A stretch of 63,210 bases of DNA, filler included, from Hyphochytrium catenoides (taxonomy: Eukaryota > Protista > Hyphochytriomycota), in assembly GCA_900088475.1 (NCBI GenBank). It is 10 parts of 10 records of this genome, joined end to end, with 100 filler letters (N's around TTAATTAATTAA, not from the genome) between each part and the next. Parts side by side here need not be neighbours in the genome. Positions count along the whole stretch, not along the records: positions 54,906 to 57,799 come from FLMG01002317.1; positions 57,900 to 59,867 come from FLMG01004405.1; positions 59,968 to 61,998 come from FLMG01000656.1; positions 62,099 to 63,210 come from FLMG01000939.1; 6 more parts are not named here. One strand, 5' to 3'. Below are positions 55,601 to 63,210 of the stretch, piece after piece. The notes below the pieces were generated by a model. That model searched no databases. It saw nothing but the letters and a program-made list of their open reading frames with translations, and had not been told where the DNA came from. Both the position numbers and the translations under genes were made by a program. How positions within the stretch are numbered: the stretch's first letter is position 1; the number at the start of each line of letters is the position of its first letter.

Positions 55601-57899
55601 ACCGTCAGTCAACAGAACCGAGAGATCATCATCAGCTCTCATCGCTTGGGATGATGGGATTCTGATATCACAGAGACTGGGCAGCACCAGCAGCCGCACG
55701 AAGCTCTTCATCACATCATCCTCGAAGCCCTTGCCCTTGGCTTGAATCGGGACGCGGAACTACCACACTACTGGGGAGAACAGGAACCAACTGGGGATGA
55801 TGGATCTTTTCCCTACCCTCCTCTGGCGATCGTGCCTCGTGCTTTAGTCGTCTTCACTAGCAGGGATCTGGTGATACCTCTTTGAAGCGCAATCCGCCAT
55901 GGTGCTGCTCTTCTAAGCACTCTCGCTGTCCTCCGTCATTTGGTCCCGTGCTGCTTCCTTAAGCACCCTTCTTACTGTTGTGCTCCATTAGAAGCTGTCG
56001 TTATCGTTTTGCCTGGCCGTCTTTGTAACCTACTTTACCTCCTGATGAGGTTAATGATCTCTGCTTCCCCGATAAAGGAGTCTTGCTTACAAACCTTAGT
56101 TGGGGCGACGATCTCCAAGAGGACTAATAAGAAGCTATAACGCCTGCCAGAAGGCAGGCCGCTGCCACACTCACCGGGGAAGGTGTTCAGGAGGCCCTAC
56201 ATGTTATCGGCATGATAGTGAATGAAGGTATCAACCCGTCATAAGATAGTGATCGCTCATTTGACAGAAATTGTCCGAAAGCGGAGAGTTCACTATTATT
56301 ATTGTTGTTGCTGCTGGTAGGCTCGCCTGACAGCGACGTCCGCCTCTTTAAATTTTGTGTCTTGTTGATCTTACTTGCTACTACTAGATCAGGGGTTGCG
56401 GACACGTACTACTACTAACATCTTTCAGTCAAAAATTCTCCAGAAAAGAAAGGGATCACCACCCTTCTCAGAGGGTGATGAACAGATCCGGTTGTAAGCA
56501 GCACTGAGAGGTAGTAGGAACAACTGAATAAAGAAGGAAAGGTTTTACCTCTTATTGAGACAACATTATTCGATCCCCCGTAGGATGCGCACCCGATTTG
56601 TCTCACCACTGTTCGTCATATCATCATTCCCAACAAGATAGTGAGTGGTGGTGACTTGTTGAGCCGCTTCTTCTGTTTATCAGTTTGAAGCTTCTTATTT
56701 ATTATTAGACGATGATGATTGATCCAGCTATTTTGTCGTGCTAGTTAGTACCTGTCTACCAATAATTAGTTCTAGTAGGGAGGAGGGGAGGAAGCACCAG
56801 GACGAGGGGGAGAGGCCATTCCAGCGACATTACAAACAAATGCCCTGACTTCTACGATTTTATCATCAACAAGAACAAGAACAGCAGCATCAGGGGTATT
56901 ATTCTTACCACCATGATCATCTTCCTCCCAGCCGCTCCTTCACCGCCACCACTAGCACCATCCAGTTGGTATTATGGATCATCCTCCAGACAGAAGAAGG
57001 TGGTGGAGAAGAAGCGGAGATAAACATAGGTAGTAGGTAATGAACTGTCTGGTGGTTGGTTGGAGTAAGAAGACGCCGACGACAGGTTGACAGAAGAGCA
57101 GGAGCATAAGGAATCACATTTTATTACATAGTACGGGCAGGAGGGAAGAAGAAGAGGATAGGAGTGGAAGGAATAAATAGGAAGAGAAGGGGGGAGGGAG
57201 GATACAAGATACAATTATCTAAAATATAGTTTCCGCCTGTATGATGATGCTGGTATCCAGGAGATAATGGAGGAGGAGGAAGAAGAAGGACGCGAGATAA
57301 GGAGACGACGCTTCACACACAACCAAGACCTCTTTCAGTGCAGTTCTGCAAGTATCTCTTCTGTCCAAGTAAGGCTTAGGAGTCTCGGGGCTACAAATAG
57401 ATAGGTCAGAACAAAACTAACAGTTACAAGTATTTGTACTTGCCGTACTTATCACTTCAACTCATTCCACTTTGGAACATAGATAGCCCCCAGCTGTCGT
57501 GCGGTCATCAACAGGCAGGGCAGTTAGAAGTAGAAGGCGGGAGGAAGGTTCAGGGATCCACTGTCCCGCTTCTTCAAGCTCTGCCTCAATGCGCAATGCT
57601 CCCTGCAGCTCCTTGCTAACTTTCACCTGTCAACATGCGTGCATATGCGACTTCCGTCTCCCTAACATCAAGGATAAAGGAAGGTCGGATAGCGACTCAA
57701 AGCCCATTGGAGTTGGGCTGGGGTGCTCCTGTGGAGCTCACAATGCTCGCCATTCAAAGAAGAGTAATGCCTTTCAACTCAAGAGTAACAAGGAAGTGAN
57801 NNNNNNNNNNNNNNNNNNNNNNNNNNNNNNNNNNNNNNNNNNNTTAATTAATTAANNNNNNNNNNNNNNNNNNNNNNNNNNNNNNNNNNNNNNNNNNNN

Positions 57900-59704
57900 T
57901 ATATATCAGAGCCTCGTGCAACCCCCAAGTATTGCTGGTGATCCCAAACTATAGAGGTCAGTCTCTCCTAGAAGAAGCCGAAGGAAAGCTGCTCAATCAA
58001 TGCATCTTCATATAAGTTCTGTATGAGAGCTACTTGTGCTGTAAACTTCTCCTCGAGTTGGGCGCGTTCAGCGGCCAAACTCACAAACGAGTCCCAGTCA
58101 TCCTTAGCACAGGCAAGCTCATACATTCTACGCATCCGTGTAGAGTAGAACATGCATGACTGAAGCGCTTGCTCATCGGTGGTCCAGCATCTTCTTGAAC
58201 TTTGGTGAGAACTTTGTACCTCTTAGTGCTTCTTCATAGCACTTCTCGCAGGCTGCCCACCCACTGATGCTTTCACTCCGATAGCATTCTCTGTGGCCCA
58301 GCTTGGTGCCCTGAGAGCGTTTCTGCTGCTGTCGCTGCGTTTTCTTGACCTTTGTCTTAAACTGTAGCGCGAGGTCCTCAGCAGCAGCCGCTCCGTCTGG
58401 ACTTTTTCCTGTTCATTAAACCGACGGCCTCCATCCTGCTGTCCAGGCCCATCATTTCTTCTATGTAGATACGCTGCTTCTTCTCTTCACTGGAGAAGGC
58501 GCACTTCTGCGGGATAGAAGACGGTACCCTGCTCTGGCCCAGGAAGCGCGGTAGCGCTGAGGAGAAGGTACAGATTAGCCTATAGCAGGCGTCGCAGATG
58601 TCCCACTTAGAGATAGGGCCACCTTTGAAGTTCCACTTCTGTCCAGGCGTCTCGCTTGGTCCAGGACAGCGAAGATAGTTCTCCATAAAGGTCGTATTCC
58701 CTCTCACAAAGAAGTCAACAAAGTCGCGGCGCCTCTGAGAGACCTGCCAAGCGCAACGAAGCCATGGGACACTGAGGCTACACCGAACTCCAACATCAGG
58801 TGGTAGATCCGGTAGCTCGGCAGGCAGGAGGACGAACGCTGTTGATGAGAAGGGCTTGGGAACTAGAGGTAATAGCATCAGCACATTCCTAGCAAATGAT
58901 AAAATCCGACGATGCTCCGGCCATCGTATGCCACCCCATATAGTCGCGTACGAAGTGTGCTTGCTTACACGGAGGGAGAAGCGGTATAGCTGCTGCGCAC
59001 TCTACTAGAGGGCCAGTCCCATCGCTTGTTGCAGGAGGAGGAGGAGCAGAAGCTGCAATCGCTGTTGCTAAGGTAAGCGACTGGACGCTTTCGATCACTG
59101 CGGCGATGTCAGTATTTGCCGCTGGTCCGTCATTGCTAGTAGCAGTGGGCCCTCTGTCAGGATGACCAGGTGACTCTGTCTTTTCCTTAGCCTTCTTTTG
59201 GCATGTCACTGTCACTTCACTAGAAGCAGGAGCGGCAGGCTCTGGCTTCTCCTCTTCTCTCTCACGTGCTTGGGCCCAGGGATCAGGCAAGGAAGAATCA
59301 ACTCCACAGGAGGTCACGAAGCCTGCAGGTCCTGGTGGTGGCTGGAGGAGCGCTAGCCCGCTGCCATGATGAGGTAGTGTCCTGGTAGCTGTTAGAGTTG
59401 CTCCACGATGGTGATTATTATGCTCCACTGCTGCTGGGTGTACCTGCTCTTGGGGTTGTCCATAGGGTTGTCCATAGCGTCCAGCATAGGAGGCTCCTTG
59501 TTGTTGACGAAGACCGATGTCGGTCTGCTGCGGATAGCACGAGTGTGGTGGTGTAGGCCAAGCAATCTGCGGGGAGGAGGCTATGGTGCTGGCCGCAGGT
59601 GGTGCACGGCTTGGTGATGTTGTTGTTGCTGGTGGTGGGAGGAGGCTGGCTGCGGCGGCGGTAAGAAGAGTGGCGCATATGAAGGCTTCTGGGAGGAATG
59701 ACAT
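57900..59704 (-). pseudogene. Pseudogene of a Cys-repeat protein (three W/Y..C-x2-C..C units) with a low-complexity N-terminus
   Basis: Frame-switching reading: PPCKQ..WHTMAGASSDFIIC*EC / RCSLSVPWLRCAW..CPGPSETPGQKWNFKGGPISKWDICDACY..CAF / CYRSESISGWAACEKCYEEAL..F / QSCMFYSTRMRRMYELACAKDDWDSFVSLAAER. About 3 frameshifts, and TAGs at 58889-58891 and 57968-57970. Confidence 0.65.
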
Positions 59705-60219
59705 TGATAATAATAGGACGAGGATTCATAATAGAGGCCTGACGCCGGCAAGGCAGGAGCTGCAGCGGTCGGAGGAGGAACAGGAGGAGGCGGTGCAATA
59801 GGAAGAGGAACTGACCTCTTCTCATCATCTGTCTCATAATAGAAATAGCAACCAGGAGGCGGAGGAGNNNNNNNNNNNNNNNNNNNNNNNNNNNNNNNNN
59901 NNNNNNNNNNNTTAATTAATTAANNNNNNNNNNNNNNNNNNNNNNNNNNNNNNNNNNNNNNNNNNNNGAGAGAGAGGAAGAAGAGATATTGTAGCAATAA
60001 CTCAGCTGGTCGTAGGACTCTTTGCGCTGGTTCCTGCTTGCTTTTTTTTGCTTGCTCTTTCTCTCTCTCACTCTCCCTTGCTCTCCTTCCGTCTTTCTTT
60101 CTCTGGTCGGGACCAACCAGCAGAATCTAGAGAGCGCTTCCTCAGACTTGACTGGGTCTGGGGATGAGGACTTCTCTATAATTCTCTTTTTCTACTTTGT
60201 AGAAGAGAAAGAGGGATAG

Positions 60220-60634
60220 AGATCGGAAGGGAGGGAAGAGAGAGGGAGAGAGAAAGAGAGAAAGTAAGAGAGAGAGAGAGAGAGAGAGAGAAGGAAAGAG
60301 AGAGAGGAGCAAGCCAAAGGACAGTAAGAGAATAGCATGGCAAGGGGCGGCTCCCTCGCTCTTATCTCATTCCCCTTTCTCTCTCTTTCTTTGTTACTCT
60401 GTCTCTCATCTTGAGTTCAATGGCCATTGATATTATACCGTCATATTCATATCTCTACCCTCTCTTCTGAAAGGTCCGTCACTCTTCATCTCTCTTCTCT
60501 CCGGTCCACTCTCTCATCCGGCACAGCTTGTCTTCCTTCTTCCTTTATTATTGCTCCGCTTTGTCATTGGAGAGAGGAGTTGGATTGACAGAATGAGAAG
60601 GCTCATAAGATGAGACTGACTAATGCGGAGAGGA

Positions 60635-60677
<43 letters not shown>

Positions 60678-60935
60678 NNNNNNNNNNNNNNNNNNNNNNN
60701 NNNNNNNNNNNNNNNNNNNNNNNNNNNNNAGAGAGAGAGAGAGAGAGAGAGGGAAGATGTCTCTGTGTGAGGGACAGGGATGGGAAGAGAGAGAGAGAGA
60801 GAGAGATATACTGGCTTGAGAAGCTTGCGTGTTCAGGAGAGGGACTGCGTCTCTTTCCAGCACATGGTCGCTTTCTCTCTTCCTGTTGTGCATGACCTCT
60901 CAAGGCCCTCACCTCATCCCCTGTCGCTCTCTTCC

Positions 60936-60990
<55 letters not shown>

Positions 60991-61156
60991 CTCTTCGTGT
61001 TTGGCTTCGCTTCCAGCAGCTATCATCAGGAGTGTCCTTTCATCTCTTGCTGTCAGAGAAGAAGACCCGAGATATCCAGTGGACTGATGGCGAAAGAGCG
61101 AGGTCAACAGGGAATCATAGCCGTTACCTGGTTCAACTGTCTTAGTCTCTCTCTCT

Positions 61157-61204
<48 letters not shown>

Positions 61205-62115
61205 GGTACTCATTCTCTCATCTCGCTTTTCTTTCCCTTTCTCTCTCTCTCTCTCTCTCCATTGTTCTCTCTCCCTTCCTGTCTTTCTCTCCATGGTTGT
61301 CTCTCTCCTGTTCTGATGTCTCCTTGTTGACGGCCACTGCATTGTACCGAGAAGAGTCTGCTGAGACGCTGAGACGCTGGATGCCAAGAGAGAGAAAAGA
61401 GAGAGAGGGAGAGAGAAGAGAGACTCGAGGCCCTGTGATAACCGATAAGAAGACGCTCCAGACTCTCCTTGCTAAACTTGTACAGGGCAGTGACCGTCAA
61501 CCGGAAGGGGAGAGAGCAGAGAGAGAGAGAAAGAGCGGAAGGAGAAAGAGAGAGAGAAAAAAAAACAGAGAGAGAGAGAGAGAGAGGGTGTGAGAGAGAG
61601 AGAGCAAGCACAGAGAGACAGCTAGGAAATAAACTCTGGCCTCACGCTTTTACGGGTCATTTGTTCGCCCTTATCGGCCCCTCAAGTTGAATGTGGCTTC
61701 ATCCATCATCGCCCTCGTTGCTTGTCATCCTCTCTCCCTGCAGACTGCAAGACATCTGTCGACTCTCTCTCTCTTCCCTCTTCCTCTTTCTCTCTTATCT
61801 TTCTCTCCCTCTCGCCTCTCTCTCTCTCTCTCTGGGCATGTGGTCCAGCTTCAACTGCCTCCCTGAAGCTCCATATTCCAGATCAGCGGTCTTAGAGCTT
61901 GAAAAACTCCCGACCCTGAAGTGCAGGAGAGCGAGAGAAAGGCGAAGAAAAGGAGAGAGACAGAGAGACACAGCGAGAGAGAGAGAGAGAGAGAGAGANN
62001 NNNNNNNNNNNNNNNNNNNNNNNNNNNNNNNNNNNNNNNNNNTTAATTAATTAANNNNNNNNNNNNNNNNNNNNNNNNNNNNNNNNNNNNNNNNNNNNGA
62101 GAGAGAGAGAGAGAG
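60220..62115. repeat. Dense (GA/CT)n microsatellite region spanning short contigs
   Basis: Directly visible; source of many spurious ER/SL-repeat ORFs. Confidence 0.9.
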
Positions 62116-63210
62116 GATCCCAAGACCAGCCACAAGTTCTTCCTCACAACCAGCTCAACCTCCTAGTAGTACACTTATGCGTTGTGCCTTCAAGGGCGAG
62201 AGAGAGAGGAAAGAGAATCTTGGCTGACCTTCTCCTAGTCCCTCGTCTCTCACCTGTCTTCCTATCCTCAAGAAAGAGTGCTCTGAGAATGGAAAGGAGA
62301 CAAAGAAGAGGGAGGGGGAAAAGAGAGAGAAGAGAAGAGAAACCATAAACATCTCTCTCTCTCTTTCTCTTCCCTTTTCTCCTCTTTTTTACCCCTTTCC
62401 ATCCGGCATTTCGTCGGTCCAACGCTGCACTTCCCCTCACTTCCTAGACTGCCCCGACTTGAACCGTCTCACCCCACAATGGAAAAAAGAGAGAGAGAGA
62501 GAGAGTCTGTGACTACAGTGCCAATATAATGCCACGGAAAACATAGCTGTGAGTATAAAGTTTCTCTCCTTTTCTCTCTCTTTCTCGCACTCTTTTTTTG
62601 AGGATAATTTTCTTTTATTTCTTTCTAATGAGAATCTATTTTGTTTAGGTTAGGCCAATAGAGGTGTCATATAACTCCATACACAATATACAGTGAGAGA
62701 GAGAGGGAATAAATAGCCTTGGATAACGCGGTGTTTCCCTATAAAAATCAACCGCCTACCAGGCCATGCTAGAACTACCACTAGTTTATAAGGGGTTCGT
62801 CCTGTAGAGGAGAACGCCATTCCTTCATGACCTGAACCTCTTCCTCATTGACGAAGTGGCTAAGTGCCTTCATTCAGCAGAATAAATAAAGCTGGGGGAA
62901 ATGCAAGGAATACATAAATTTGTTCTCATTTGTAGGGAGCATTTTTATCCTTATTATTGTTCACTGAAAATGGAAATGGCTTGCTTTTGTCTAGATTTCA
63001 AAACCAATTCTGTAATAGTAATCGGTTTGTGATATAATTCCCTGTCAAGAACAGCAATCAGTTTGAAAAAAATAGACAAGAGAACGTTGGAAATACTCCG
63101 CCATCCGTAGCAAATAAATCCTACAGTACATCGTAGTAGTGGATCTGCAATCCACTAATAAAGACAAGGTCCAAAGGCAAAAAACAAAGTCGATAATAAG
63201 GCGCAGGACG

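Noticed and set aside
53100-57790. Possible transposon or gene fragments on the short contigs
   Set aside because: No RT, integrase, transposase or other recognisable motif found in the frames examined.

Overview
Eukaryotic nuclear DNA from an intron-rich, (GA/CT)n-microsatellite-rich, probably flagellated protist. A heterotrophic stramenopile is my best guess, which is inference only. The window is a concatenation of about 10 contigs joined by artificial 100-bp N44-TTAATTAATTAA-N44 spacers, so adjacency across spacers is not biological. Genes reconstructed by hand from exons: a 5-exon SfsA-family PD-(D/E)XK nuclease with an N-terminal extension (+), AP-1 gamma-adaptin (-), a short-type ABCC/MRP transporter (-), SUMO E2 UBC9 (-, truncated), an intronless 1197-aa PPR protein (+), a ~19-kb CFAP54-like gene (-), the 5' end of a molybdenum-cofactor-sulfurase-like gene (+), an AP2-domain protein with extra Cys-rich modules (+, truncated) and a pseudogene for a Cys-repeat protein (-). 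Best leads: the spliced SfsA nuclease; the AP2 + Cys4 + WRN..CFP architecture; recurrent CAG>TAG and CGA>TGA decay in dead reading frames, suggesting CG plus CWG methylation; and a compact, highly structured RNA-like element upstream of the gamma-adaptin gene.
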